Positions 42,073 through 52,119 of a stretch of 64,000 bases of DNA are shown piece by piece. The stretch is from Gemmatimonadales bacterium. Its GTDB lineage: Bacteria; Gemmatimonadota; Gemmatimonadetes; Gemmatimonadales; GWC2-71-9. The first letter of the stretch is position 1. Every line of letters begins with the position of its first letter. The DNA lies in NCBI GenBank assembly GCA_041602035.1, contig JBFIHA010000007.1, positions 86,720 to 150,719 of the forward strand. Direction: 5' to 3'. Position numbers and translations under genes: made by a program. The notes beneath the pieces were generated by a model, which saw only the letters and a list, made by a program, of their open reading frames with translations, searched no databases and was not told the origin of the DNA.

Positions 42073-43608
42073 GTGCGCCACGTCCCCAACCCCTTCAGGC
42101 TACGCGATCAGCGCCTCCCGACGCTGCCACTCGCGATCGGCGTATTCGTCTTGTGCGTCATGGCCTTCTGTGCCGCGTGCGGAGAGCCACCGAGCGCCCC
42201 TGCGGCGGGTGGTCCGCCGATCGCCTCGGTCCGCGTCACGCCCGACAGCGCAATCATGTTGGAGGGCACGCGTCTTCGCTTGGCCGTGTCGGTGCGCGAT
42301 TCGGCCGGATCTGAGCTCGTCGGGCGCCCGGTCTCCTTTTCCTCGCTGTCACCGCACATCGCCGCAGTCGCGAGCGACGGACAGATCGAGGCTCGAACAC
42401 TGGGCATTGCACGGGTCGTCGTTGAAGCGGGAGGGTTGAGCGACACGGCCACGATCGCTGTCCGCGTGCTGTTTCGGACCGTCAGTGCCGGCGCCGGGCA
42501 TACGTGTGCCGTGAGCTCCACGCATCGCCTCTATTGCTGGGGCGATGGGGGGCTGGGGCGGCTGGGTGATGGGACGGATCGGTCGTCGCCCGTCCCGGTC
42601 GCCGTCAATGCCGACGTCCGATTCCAGGCAGTGAGCGCAGGCGGCGATGCCACATGCGGCTTGAGTGGGGTGGAAGCATACTGCTGGGGCAACAACGGGG
42701 CGCGGCAACTCGGCACGGGCACCAAGCCCGGGATGTGGACGCCCGCCCGGGTCGCTGGCGGGCACGCGTTTACGACCGTCGCCATTGGCACCCTCCATGC
42801 CTGCGGGCTCTCGGTGACCGACCGCGCATACTGCTGGGGAGCGGATTGGGCCGGCCAAGTCGGAAACGGGCCCCCTCCATCGGGGCTAGCGCCTCTCGCG
42901 GTGATGGATGAGGAAGCGTTTACCGCAATCGCGCTGGGATGGTTGTTCACCTGCGGGATCGCCAGCGACGGGACTGCACGCTGTTGGGGCTTCAACGACC
43001 GGATGCAGCTCGGTGTCCCGACGGTGGTCGAGTCGTGCGTGTGGCCAAACGGCACACCGGCGCCGTGTAGCACGACCCCGGTCGCCGTGACGGGTGGCCG
43101 ATCGTTCGTGTCGGTGGTGGCCGGGCGCGAACACGCATGCGGCCTGGATGCCGACGGCCAAGCGTGGTGTTGGGGTGGCAACGCGTTTGGCCAGCGGGGC
43201 GACGGTACCACGCAAGTGTCCCCGGATCCGAGCCCGGTCGTGGACGCACCGGCGCTGGTGGCGTTGACCGCCGGCGACCGGCACACTTGCGGCCTCGACG
43301 TCGACGGCCGGATCTGGTGCTGGGGTTACAACGGCCGAGGGGCACTCGGAACCGACGCAACGTTCGACAGTTGCGATGGGGGGCTGTGCAGCACGAGGCC
43401 CGTCGTCGTGCAGACGGACCTCCGCTTCTCCGCCGTGAGCGCAAGCGCCGGCCTCCACGGTTCGCACACGTGTGCCGTGAGCCGCTCGGGCCAGACGTAC
43501 TGCTGGGGGTCGAATGGGGTTGGCCAGCTCGGTGCGGCGTACCGTGGTGGGATCAGCTTCGAGCCACTGCGCGTGTTTGGGCAGCCCACGCTGGATCCAG
43601 AACCGTGA
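42073..43608 (+). CDS. Big_2 + RCC1-repeat (beta-propeller) lipoprotein
   Basis: ORF 41854..43608, with a likely GTG start at 42073. It has a signal/lipobox (VFVLCVMAFCAAC), a Big_2-like segment (VTPDSAIMLEGTRLRLAV) and repeated CWG.N..GQLG RCC1 blades. Confidence 0.75.
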   Translation: MRHVPNPFRLRDQRLPTLPLAIGVFVLCVMAFCAACGEPPSAPAAGGPPIASVRVTPDSAIMLEGTRLRLAVSVRDSAGSELVGRPVSFSSLSPHIAAVASDGQIEARTLGIARVVVEAGGLSDTATIAVRVLFRTVSAGAGHTCAVSSTHRLYCWGDGGLGRLGDGTDRSSPVPVAVNADVRFQAVSAGGDATCGLSGVEAYCWGNNGARQLGTGTKPGMWTPARVAGGHAFTTVAIGTLHACGLSVTDRAYCWGADWAGQVGNGPPPSGLAPLAVMDEEAFTAIALGWLFTCGIASDGTARCWGFNDRMQLGVPTVVESCVWPNGTPAPCSTTPVAVTGGRSFVSVVAGREHACGLDADGQAWCWGGNAFGQRGDGTTQVSPDPSPVVDAPALVALTAGDRHTCGLDVDGRIWCWGYNGRGALGTDATFDSCDGGLCSTRPVVVQTDLRFSAVSASAGLHGSHTCAVSRSGQTYCWGSNGVGQLGAAYRGGISFEPLRVFGQPTLDPEP

Positions 43609-43790
43609 TCGGCCGCAGCGCACGGTGCTGAAGTGGGGCGCTCGGGGCCACGGCCGCGTGAGGGTCGACTGATACCGAAGATCTGCGTTTCGCTGTAGAC
43701 TTGGGGATGCCGCATCCCTGTGCGAGTGTTCGGGTATGGAATGAGGGCCGACTCGCCAGGATGTCCCGTCCTACTCCATCGGAGGTACCC

Positions 43791-44216
43791 ATGCACGCCC
43801 GCACGCCCCTGCTCGCCGCGTCACTCGCCATGATGGTCTTCGCGGGATGCGGGGACGACGTGGCCGGCAACGTGACGCAAGACCTGAGCGGGAACTATTC
43901 GTTGATCTCGTTCGCCTTAGGCACGCCGGCGGGGATCGTCCAGGGTGCCACTGGGACCGTTGCCCTCACCGCGACGAACTACGTCGCGTCGTTCACCATT
44001 CCGCAGCTGCCACCCGACCCACCGGAGGTGGTGGACGACGAGGGCACGTACACCGCGATCGGCTCGGCCACCTCGGGGACCTGGACGCAGCAGTCCACTC
44101 TCGACCCGAACCTGCAGTACGCCGGCACCTATGCGGTCGATCCGGCGACGGACCGACTCACGCTCGACACGACGACGTTCGGCGTTCGCACCATCCTCGT
44201 CCTTCAGCGGAACTGA
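43791..44216 (+). CDS. hypothetical lipoprotein
   Basis: The ATG at 43791 follows GGAGGT and gives MHARTPLLAASLAMMVFAGC. Confidence 0.6.
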   Translation: MHARTPLLAASLAMMVFAGCGDDVAGNVTQDLSGNYSLISFALGTPAGIVQGATGTVALTATNYVASFTIPQLPPDPPEVVDDEGTYTAIGSATSGTWTQQSTLDPNLQYAGTYAVDPATDRLTLDTTTFGVRTILVLQRN

Positions 44217-44252
44217 TCGCGTGACCGACCGCCGAACTCGGAGAGCCGTGGC

Positions 44253-46424
44253 ATGACTGCTGGCATCGGTCGAGGTGGTCGGGGCTGGGCCGTCGTTCTT
44301 GCCGTCGCCGGCCTCGCTGGTCTGCCTGCGGCAGGGCTGGCGCAAACCGGAGTGATCGCCGGCATCGTTCTGGAGGCCGGATCGGGTACCCCCCTCGAAG
44401 GTGCCACGGTCGTCCTGCGCGGCACGCCCCTCAGCACGGTGACCGACGCCCGCGGACGGTTTGCGTTCGGCCGTCTCGAAGGGGGCCGCTACACGTTGCT
44501 CGTCGCCGCCATTGGCTTCGCCCGAGACAGCCAGCCCGACATCGTGCTTCCCCATGGCGAACGACGAGAAGTCTCGCTCGCCCTGCGGACCGAGGCGCTC
44601 GTGTTGCCGGAGTTCGTCGTTACGGGGACTCGGAGCGCGGAGCGGAGCGACGAGGCGATGGCCAGTATTGCCGTTCTTCCCGCTCACGACCTGGTGAACC
44701 GCAACGTCACCACGCTCGACCAGGCGCTGGTCTACGTTCCAGGCGTCACGTTCAACGGCAAGAACCAACTCGACATTCGAGGTGCCGCGGGGTACGCACG
44801 GGGAATTGGAAGCCGGGTGCTGATGCTGCTGGACGGACACCCCATCCTCAGCGGCGACGGCGGCGAAATCGATTTCATGAGCATTCCGCTCCTCGATCTC
44901 GAGCAGTTGGAGGTCGTCAAAGGCGCGTATTCGGCTGTTTACGGCAGCAACGCGCTCGGGGGCGTCGTCAACCTGATCACCGCTCCGGTAGGCAGCACAC
45001 CGGAGACCGTCGCGCGGGCGCATGTCGATGCGTACACCTATCCATCCGAGTACAGCTGGGCCGATGGGATGCAGGGGGCGTTCGGGTTTGGGCTGCAGCA
45101 CTCACGACGAGTGGGCAACGTGGGCCTGCGCGTGTTCGCCGGCCACGAGCGCACCGATGGCTACAAGGAGAACGGCGATTCGCGGCGGTGGATTGGAAGG
45201 CTGAAGCTCGCGTCGGCGGCCGACGCCGATCACCCGTGGGACCTCTATGGCGTGTACAGCCGGGAACGTGCCGGGGAGTTCTTCACCTGGCGATCTCCGG
45301 ACGAGCCGTATCGTGTCCCAGCCGTCTACGTCGGAGATCACACCCTCGAGCACCGGTTGGTGACCGGGGCGACGATCACGCCCCGCGCTCGTACGTCGCA
45401 CCTCGTCAAACTCAGTCCGTACTTCAACGTTACGCGGATCGAGAACGTCTTCACCGACAACGATGATTGGCACACCGCCGTGAAGCCCGGCGTGACGGCG
45501 GAGGTCGCGTGGTATGCCGGGGATCGGCACGCGCTCCGGTTCGGTGCGGACGGCGCCCATACGTGGGTGACCTCGAACTTCCTCGGCGCGCCAACGATCC
45601 GGGACGTGGCCGCGTTCGCCCAGGACGAAATTCAGGTCACGAGCCGGCTCAAGGGATCGCTCGGCGTGCGTCTCGATCACCACAAAGCCAATCTCGGTGC
45701 GTCTGAATGGGCGTTGAGTCCCAAGGTCGGTGCGTCGCTGCGCGTGGGGAAGGGAACCACCCTGCGGACGTCCGTCAGCGCGGGCTATCGGGCGCCGAGT
45801 GCGATCGAACAGTTCGTGTCGTCTCAGCAGTTCGGTTTTCGCGTGATCCCCAACCCGACCCTGACGGGTGAGCACGCGTGGTCGGCCGAACTCGGCGCCA
45901 CGGTCCGTATTCTCGAGGAGCTTCGGGTCGACGCGTCCGTGTTCGGGAGTATCTATCGGGACTTGATCAGTCCGGCGCCCGCGCCCGGGCAAACGTTCGT
46001 GTTCCAGTTCCGCAACGTGTCACGGGCGCGGGTCGCAGGGCTCGATGTCGGGCTGCACGCGCAGCTCGTCCCGTCCCTGCTCGACGTGCAGGCCACCTAC
46101 CTCTTTCTGGACACCGAAGATCGCGATACGGGATCACCGCTCCCCTACCGGTCCCGCCACAATGCGACGGGGACGCTCAACCTACTCGGCGGCCTGGCCG
46201 GCGTGGACCTGCGGTTCCGCAGTCGGGTGGAGGGCGTGCTCGCTTTTCCGCTGGACCCGCGCTCGGACGTCACCGTGATCGACCTGCGGGTCGGGTATCG
46301 CGCGCTCAACGTGCTGTGGCAACTCAAGGTGGCAAACCTCTTTAACCAGTTCTACGTCGATGTGCAGGAGCGGAACCCGGGAGCGCCACGGAGCATCGCC
46401 ATCACGGCGGTGCATGGGCTCTAG
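44253..46424 (+). CDS. TonB-dependent receptor with N-terminal CarboxypepD_reg domain
   Basis: 723-aa ORF with a signal peptide. GIVLEAGSGTPLEGATVVLRGT...TDARGRFAF is CarboxypepD_reg. Plug region: EFVVTGTR...VPGVTFNG...LDIRGA...VLMLLDGHP. A barrel follows. Confidence 0.85.
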   Translation: MTAGIGRGGRGWAVVLAVAGLAGLPAAGLAQTGVIAGIVLEAGSGTPLEGATVVLRGTPLSTVTDARGRFAFGRLEGGRYTLLVAAIGFARDSQPDIVLPHGERREVSLALRTEALVLPEFVVTGTRSAERSDEAMASIAVLPAHDLVNRNVTTLDQALVYVPGVTFNGKNQLDIRGAAGYARGIGSRVLMLLDGHPILSGDGGEIDFMSIPLLDLEQLEVVKGAYSAVYGSNALGGVVNLITAPVGSTPETVARAHVDAYTYPSEYSWADGMQGAFGFGLQHSRRVGNVGLRVFAGHERTDGYKENGDSRRWIGRLKLASAADADHPWDLYGVYSRERAGEFFTWRSPDEPYRVPAVYVGDHTLEHRLVTGATITPRARTSHLVKLSPYFNVTRIENVFTDNDDWHTAVKPGVTAEVAWYAGDRHALRFGADGAHTWVTSNFLGAPTIRDVAAFAQDEIQVTSRLKGSLGVRLDHHKANLGASEWALSPKVGASLRVGKGTTLRTSVSAGYRAPSAIEQFVSSQQFGFRVIPNPTLTGEHAWSAELGATVRILEELRVDASVFGSIYRDLISPAPAPGQTFVFQFRNVSRARVAGLDVGLHAQLVPSLLDVQATYLFLDTEDRDTGSPLPYRSRHNATGTLNLLGGLAGVDLRFRSRVEGVLAFPLDPRSDVTVIDLRVGYRALNVLWQLKVANLFNQFYVDVQERNPGAPRSIAITAVHGL

Positions 46425-46445
46425 GCGTTCCCAGAGGCGCGCGAC

Positions 46446-47051
46446 GTGAAAATCGCCTTCATCGGTACCCACGGCGTCGGCAAGACGACGCTGTGCTTCG
46501 ATCTCGCGGCGCGGCTGAAGCGCTTGGACCTGGGCGTGGACATCGTCAAAGAGGTCGCGCGCGGCTGTCCGCTCCCGATCAACGAAGACACGACGCTGGA
46601 CGCGCAGGCGTGGATCCTCCACACCCAGATCGCCCAAGAGATCGCGGCGGGCACGCAATATGAGGCCGTGATCTGCGACCGGTCGGTGCTGGACAACTAT
46701 GCCTATCTCGTGCATCGGCTCGGTCGACGACCGGAGTACGACACGCTGGTGCGGACGTGGGTCGGAACCTATAGCGGCCTCTTCAAGGTCCCGGTCATCC
46801 AGGAGCCGTCGTTCGACGGTACCCGTGCCGTGAGCCGCGCGTTCCAGATGCAGATCGATGGTGTGATCGACCACCTGCTCGATGCGTTCGGCGTTCCGTC
46901 GCATCGGCTCGATCCGTCCAGCCGGCCCGCCTGGGTGGAGGACGTACTCCGGGCGCTGGGCCTTCCCCTCGAACCGCCGCAGATCGACCTCTTCTCGGTC
47001 GTGCACAGCGCAACCCCCGAAGGCCCGGAGCGGAATCCCCACGGGCGCTGA
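46446..47051 (+). CDS. P-loop ATPase (AAA_28/NadR-kinase-like)
   Basis: Starts with GTG. The Walker A motif is GTHGVGKTT. About 200 aa. Confidence 0.65.
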   Translation: MKIAFIGTHGVGKTTLCFDLAARLKRLDLGVDIVKEVARGCPLPINEDTTLDAQAWILHTQIAQEIAAGTQYEAVICDRSVLDNYAYLVHRLGRRPEYDTLVRTWVGTYSGLFKVPVIQEPSFDGTRAVSRAFQMQIDGVIDHLLDAFGVPSHRLDPSSRPAWVEDVLRALGLPLEPPQIDLFSVVHSATPEGPERNPHGR

Positions 47052-47062
47052 ACCCGACTCCC

Positions 47063-48736
47063 ATGCGGTTCCCGTTCCTCCTGCTCACCTCGCTCCTCGC
47101 CGTCACTGGGACGCTGGAGGCGCAGTTCGTGCGCGGGACCGTGCGCCACGAAACCACGGGGGTGCCGCTTGGCGGCACGTTCGTCGTGCTCTTGGACGCG
47201 GACTCACTCGAGGTCGCCCGCACGATCACCGATCCCCTGGGCCAGTTCGCGTTGGCTCCCCCCCGCGCGGGTCGGTACCGGCTCCGTACCGAGCGAATCG
47301 GGTTCCGCAGCCTGGTCTCGTCGGACATGGCACTCGATGACCGTCCCCGATCGCCCGTCGACCTCCGGATCGCACCGATCGTGATCCGACTTGCCGCACT
47401 CATGGTCAGCGGTGAGTCGCGCGAGTGCCGCATCGTAGGCGATCAAGCGCTGGACGTCCTGTCGGTGTGGGAGGAGGCCCGCAAAGTGTTGCAGGCCGTG
47501 GCGTGGTCCGACCTCCAGGAGCAACTCGTGTACGAAGTGGAACGGTTCGAGCGCTCCTACACGCCATCACTGGCGCTGGTCCGGGAGACCCGCACCACGA
47601 CGCCGTCGCGACACGTGTTGCCGTTTCGCAGCCGCTCCCCACGAGAGCTCGACGAAGGCGGCTACGTCATCATCGAGGAGGACAGCGTCGTCTACGAGGC
47701 GCCGGACGCCGAGGTGTTCTTCTCGAATCCGTTTCTTCAGCACCACTGCTTCGCGCTCGACGAGGCGATTCAGGATGGGCGTCGTGTTCTTGGGTTGCGG
47801 TTCGAGCCGGTGCGGGGTCGCACACGCCCCGACGTGAAGGGCGTGTTCTGGGTCGATGCGGAAACGGCGGCGCTGCAGCGGGTCGCGTTTACCTACGTGA
47901 ATGTGGGTGCGTGGCAGCGCGAGCGTGGGGCTGGTGGTGAGGCCGAGTTCGTCCAGCTACCCGACGGCCGGTGGATCGTGAACCGCTGGTGGATTCGTAT
48001 GCCGCTCGTGGTCCAAAATCAGACCCTGAAGGGGCCGGTGTGGGACTTGGTGCAGGCGATCGCTGGCTACGAGGAGGAGGGGGGCGTGGTGCGCCGAGTC
48101 TACGCCGGCGACGGGCGCCTGCTGTACGCTCGGGACCGCACCACGGTACGTGGGACGGTGTTTGACAGCACGTCGGGGCACGGGTTGACGAACGCGTTCG
48201 TGCGGCTCGCCGGCACCGACCACGTGACCATCACGCAGGCAGACGGGAGCTACTGGCTGCCCGGTGTTTCGGAAGGCCGGTATTCCGTGACGGTCGACCA
48301 TCCGCGGGCCGCCCTCTTGGGGGTCATGCCCGAAGCAGAGGTCTCGCTGGGCAGTGGCGGAGAGGAGCGGGTGGACCTAGCCCTGCCCTCGGCCCCGACG
48401 CTGGCGCGTCGCCACTGCTCGGACCCGTCACGACGCGGAAGACTCGGGTTGCTGGTGGGGCGGGTGCGCGATGACGCGTCGGGGATGGAGGTAGCGGACG
48501 CGACGGTGCAGGTCGTCTGGCTCATTGGAGACGCGGCCGAGCCGCGCGAGCGTCGTACACAGACGCCAACGGACTCCACGGGTGCCTACCGCCTGTGCGT
48601 GCCGAGAGGGGCGCCGCTCTCGGTCGAGTTGTGGGCTGACGACCAGCTCCTGGCTGCCACACCGGCACTCGTGGGTGCGTCGGGACTACTCGTTGCCGAT
48701 CTCACCATCCGCGACCCGAACCGACGACCGAACTGA
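47063..48736 (+). CDS. CarboxypepD_reg-like domain protein (secreted)
   Basis: Signal peptide MRFPFLLLTSLLAVTGTLEAQ. It contains several carboxypeptidase-regulatory-like beta-sandwich segments (VRGTV.D..TG.PL). Confidence 0.7.
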   Translation: MRFPFLLLTSLLAVTGTLEAQFVRGTVRHETTGVPLGGTFVVLLDADSLEVARTITDPLGQFALAPPRAGRYRLRTERIGFRSLVSSDMALDDRPRSPVDLRIAPIVIRLAALMVSGESRECRIVGDQALDVLSVWEEARKVLQAVAWSDLQEQLVYEVERFERSYTPSLALVRETRTTTPSRHVLPFRSRSPRELDEGGYVIIEEDSVVYEAPDAEVFFSNPFLQHHCFALDEAIQDGRRVLGLRFEPVRGRTRPDVKGVFWVDAETAALQRVAFTYVNVGAWQRERGAGGEAEFVQLPDGRWIVNRWWIRMPLVVQNQTLKGPVWDLVQAIAGYEEEGGVVRRVYAGDGRLLYARDRTTVRGTVFDSTSGHGLTNAFVRLAGTDHVTITQADGSYWLPGVSEGRYSVTVDHPRAALLGVMPEAEVSLGSGGEERVDLALPSAPTLARRHCSDPSRRGRLGLLVGRVRDDASGMEVADATVQVVWLIGDAAEPRERRTQTPTDSTGAYRLCVPRGAPLSVELWADDQLLAATPALVGASGLLVADLTIRDPNRRPN

Positions 48737-48774
48737 CGGACGCGGCCGCCGCGCGGGCCGTCGTCGGCCGTGGA

Positions 48775-49902
48775 TCACTGTGGCACCGCGACGCCGCTTC
48801 CCGCGATCACATCCAGATACGACCGATACGCCCCGGCTTCGGCGCGTACCACGAATTCATCCATCGATTGCAGGAGTTGCACGCTCAGATAGCCGGGGAC
48901 GGCCTCTGCCGGTGTGAAGCCGAAGTTGCGGCGGAAGTAGCTCCGCAGGATCACCGAGTGCTCGTCCCTGGGCAGCTGCGCCACGTTCCGTGCAAACCGC
49001 TGGAACGTTCCATCGCGCATCAGGTACAGCTCGACGTTCGACGTGTAGAACACCGATACGGTGAGCCCCCGCTGTGCGAGGAGGTCGGCGATCGCGGGCA
49101 GGGCGTGCTCGCCGGCGAAATCCCCCACCACAGGAATGATGCGGTCCCGCGTCTGAAGCGCCTTGACGATGTGAAACGCCGAATCCGACGCGAGGTAGCT
49201 TACCTGCCGCCCGACACCGTCCGTTTCTGCCATCAGCTCGCGAAACGTCGGGTACCCAGCTCTCGGCGGTCGCCCGTGACTTCGGAAACGCAGGTCCAGC
49301 CCTTCCCGTATGAATTGTCCGTGAAATCGGCGTATCGTCGCGACGTCGGCGTCCGAGAGCGACATACCGAACCGCCTGACCGTCGCCGTGACGGTGTCGA
49401 CGGCCTCCGAGGCCGTGGTCGTGTCCGTGCCGACCGAGTCGACGTACGCGGCGAGTGCATCCACGCTCGCGGAGGTCCACCGGTGGAGTTCGGTGGGGAT
49501 CGAAGCGCCGAACAGCAGGCAGAGGTAGTCGAGCCGGGTGCGGGCCACCGCGAACAGCGCCTTGAACATCAGATGCTGCAGCAGGTTGTCGCGCCGAATG
49601 TCGACGATGAAAGCGATGTCGGGCTGCACCGCCGCGATATAGGAGAAATTCTGGTCGGGTCCCACACCGATGTATGCAGCACCGCGCACCAATCGTGCGT
49701 CCAGCTTGTCCACGACGTGCAGATAGGATCGCTCGTTCGAGATCAGGTTGTCCGTGTCGAAGTAGCCCCCTGGTTCGGAGAGGCGTTCGACGAGCCGCGC
49801 GAACTCGGTGCCACGTGCCTGTTGCGGCCGATCGCCGCGCGCACCGGTGCCACAGGCAGCCAGGCCGGCAAGCGCAAGGACACTCACCCACGAGGTGCGC
49901 AA
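48775..49902 (-). CDS. conserved hypothetical lipoprotein
   Basis: 375-aa ORF with a TTG start and lipobox (LALAGLAAC). Good coding look. I do not recognise the family. Confidence 0.6.
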   Translation of the reverse strand: MRTSWVSVLALAGLAACGTGARGDRPQQARGTEFARLVERLSEPGGYFDTDNLISNERSYLHVVDKLDARLVRGAAYIGVGPDQNFSYIAAVQPDIAFIVDIRRDNLLQHLMFKALFAVARTRLDYLCLLFGASIPTELHRWTSASVDALAAYVDSVGTDTTTASEAVDTVTATVRRFGMSLSDADVATIRRFHGQFIREGLDLRFRSHGRPPRAGYPTFRELMAETDGVGRQVSYLASDSAFHIVKALQTRDRIIPVVGDFAGEHALPAIADLLAQRGLTVSVFYTSNVELYLMRDGTFQRFARNVAQLPRDEHSVILRSYFRRNFGFTPAEAVPGYLSVQLLQSMDEFVVRAEAGAYRSYLDVIAGSGVAVPQ

Positions 49903-50123
49903 TCGTCGGCGGGGAGAGAGGAGACGGGAGTGAATGGCGAAGCTCCAGCGAGAGGGTCGCGACGGTCCGTCAGTCTAGGACTCCGGCCGCGCCTCGGCAA
50001 GGCATCCGGATCGTGGCAGTCGGGCGACCCTTGCCGCCACCTGGCCCGACGTGGAGTATCGGAGGGCCGATCGCGGGCGACGTCGGCCGCAGCGCTGGGA
50101 TGAGGACGATCACGTCGTGGAGG

Positions 50124-51716
50124 ATGCCCATGTCTCGATACCTTGCGGTGGTGCTCCGTTCCCTTCGGGTAACGACACCCACCGGCCTCGGACGATGCCT
50201 CGTGCTGCTGCTCGCTGGCGTGCTGCCAGCCGTCGCGGCGGCGCAGGACGTCGACCTCGCAGCCCTCGACCGCTATATCGCGGACGCCGGACGGGACTGG
50301 CAGGTTCCTGGATTCGCGGTCGCGATCGTCAAGGACGACTCGGTAGTCTTGGCGACCGGGTATGGCGTGCGCGAGCTGGGCAAGACCGATCCGGTGGACG
50401 AACATACGCTGTTTGCCATTGCCTCCAACACGAAAGCCTTTACGGCAGCGGCGCTTGCCAAGCTGGTCGATGAGCGGCGGATCGCGTGGGACGACCATGT
50501 CACCGACTACCTGCCCTACTTCCAGCTCTATTCCCCGTACGTGACGGCGGAGATGCGGGTTCGCGACCTCCTCTCCCATCGGAGTGGACTCGGTACCTAT
50601 AGCGGTGATCTCCTGTGGTACGGCACCTCGTACTCCCGCGAGGAGGTGCTGCGACGCGCCCGATACCTGAACCCGGCGGGCGCGTTCCGTGCGGATTACG
50701 GCTACTCCAATCTCATGTTCCTCGCCGCCGGCGAGATCGTGCCCGCCGTGACAGGCCGCAGCTGGGACGAGTACATCGAGTCGGAGTTCTTCGCGCCCCT
50801 TGGGATGGTCCGGTCCGTCACGTCGGTCGACAGCCTGACCCACCGCACCAACGTGGCCACGCCTCACGGGGAGCAGCGCGGACGCCTCCAGACCTTTCCG
50901 TGGTACGGCTGGGACAACGTTGGTCCCGCGGCGAGTATCGTCTCGAGTGCGAGCGAGATGGCCCGATGGCTGCGCCTACAACTCCGTCGGGGCACGGTGG
51001 ACGGCAGGACGTACTTCAGTGAGGAGGCCGCACGCACGATGTGGACGCCGCACATGTCGTTTACCGTGAGCCGCTCGGCTGAAGAGCGGTATCCATCCAC
51101 GCACTTTCGCGGATACGGCCTGGGGTGGGGGCTCATGGACTACCTGGGACGCAAGGTGGTGAGCCATGGGGGTGCGTACGACGGGATGTATTCGCGGGTG
51201 GTGCTGGTGCCCGAGGAGCAGCTCGGCATCGTCGTGCTCACCAACTCCATGACGAGCCTGCCGACGGCCGTGGCCTATCGAATCCTGGATGCCTACCTCG
51301 GTGGGGCAGAGCGCGATTGGAGCGACGTGTTTTTACGCGACGCGGAGCGGGATCGGCAACGCTGGGCCGCCCGCTGGGGAGCGTGGGACGACGCGCGCCT
51401 CCCCAACACGAGCCCGTCGCTGCCGTTGGATCGCTACTCGGGGACGTATGGGGGGCCGCTCTACGGGGACGCCGTCGTGGCGGTAGAAGGGGGCAGTTTG
51501 GTCGTCCGGTTCGTTCCGAATCCCGATCTCGTGGGCGACCTCACCCATTGGCACCACGACACGTTTCAGATCAGCTGGCGACGCGAGTTCCCGTGGTTCG
51601 GTCGGGGCTGGGTGCAGTTCGTGATCGATCGGACCGGCGAGGTCGTGGAAATGCAGGTGGACGTCCCCAACGAGGACTTCTGGTTCACGGAGCTGGAGTT
51701 CACGAAGCGACCGTAA
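50124..51716 (+). CDS. serine hydrolase (class C beta-lactamase/PBP family) with C-terminal DUF3471-like domain
   Basis: Lies within ORF 49674..51716, with ATG at 50124 after GTGGAGG. The SxxK motif is ASNTKAF. YSN is present (GYSNLMF). Confidence 0.8.
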   Translation: MPMSRYLAVVLRSLRVTTPTGLGRCLVLLLAGVLPAVAAAQDVDLAALDRYIADAGRDWQVPGFAVAIVKDDSVVLATGYGVRELGKTDPVDEHTLFAIASNTKAFTAAALAKLVDERRIAWDDHVTDYLPYFQLYSPYVTAEMRVRDLLSHRSGLGTYSGDLLWYGTSYSREEVLRRARYLNPAGAFRADYGYSNLMFLAAGEIVPAVTGRSWDEYIESEFFAPLGMVRSVTSVDSLTHRTNVATPHGEQRGRLQTFPWYGWDNVGPAASIVSSASEMARWLRLQLRRGTVDGRTYFSEEAARTMWTPHMSFTVSRSAEERYPSTHFRGYGLGWGLMDYLGRKVVSHGGAYDGMYSRVVLVPEEQLGIVVLTNSMTSLPTAVAYRILDAYLGGAERDWSDVFLRDAERDRQRWAARWGAWDDARLPNTSPSLPLDRYSGTYGGPLYGDAVVAVEGGSLVVRFVPNPDLVGDLTHWHHDTFQISWRREFPWFGRGWVQFVIDRTGEVVEMQVDVPNEDFWFTELEFTKRP

Positions 51717-51721
51717 GACCG

Positions 51722-51910
51722 TCAGAAGTCTCGCTTCTTCATCTCCGAGAAGAGCTTCTGTGAGCCGTCGTCCTCCTCTGGCTCGTCGGGCAGCGTGTCG
51801 TCGAATCTGCGTCGCCTCTTCGCCTTGGTCTTGGCGACCTTCGCGGCATTCCGCCTCGCCAGCGCCTCCAGTTTCTTGTCGTCGCTCTTCGACATGCGCA
51901 TCGGCTCCAT
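51722..51910 (-). CDS. small highly charged hypothetical protein
   Basis: Part of ORF 51722..51985. MSKSDDKKLEALARRNAAKVAKTKAKRRRRFDDTLPDEPEEDDGSQKLFSEMKKRDF has a high-GC3 codon pattern. The start is uncertain. Confidence 0.35.
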   Translation of the reverse strand: MEPMRMSKSDDKKLEALARRNAAKVAKTKAKRRRRFDDTLPDEPEEDDGSQKLFSEMKKRDF

Positions 51911-52119
51911 CTCACGGTACTGACCACTAGGGACGCCCGTCCCACTGCAAGCTGGCGGGCGGCTGCGCGGGACGCAAGGCGCCACGGCGCCCCCAGGCGG
52001 CGTCGTTCCTGGGAGCCGGGTTGCCTGGGGTCACCTCGCTCTCCATACTTGCTTCGGAGACGACGACGTGCCGTGCCGATCGGGCCCCCCCGCCCCATCG
52101 CTCGACGAACCGTGACACC

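Noticed and set aside
43609-43790. Cobalamin or another riboswitch upstream of the lipoprotein/TonB-receptor cluster.
   Set aside because: No B12-box (GCCACUG-type) or other riboswitch core motif is seen by eye.
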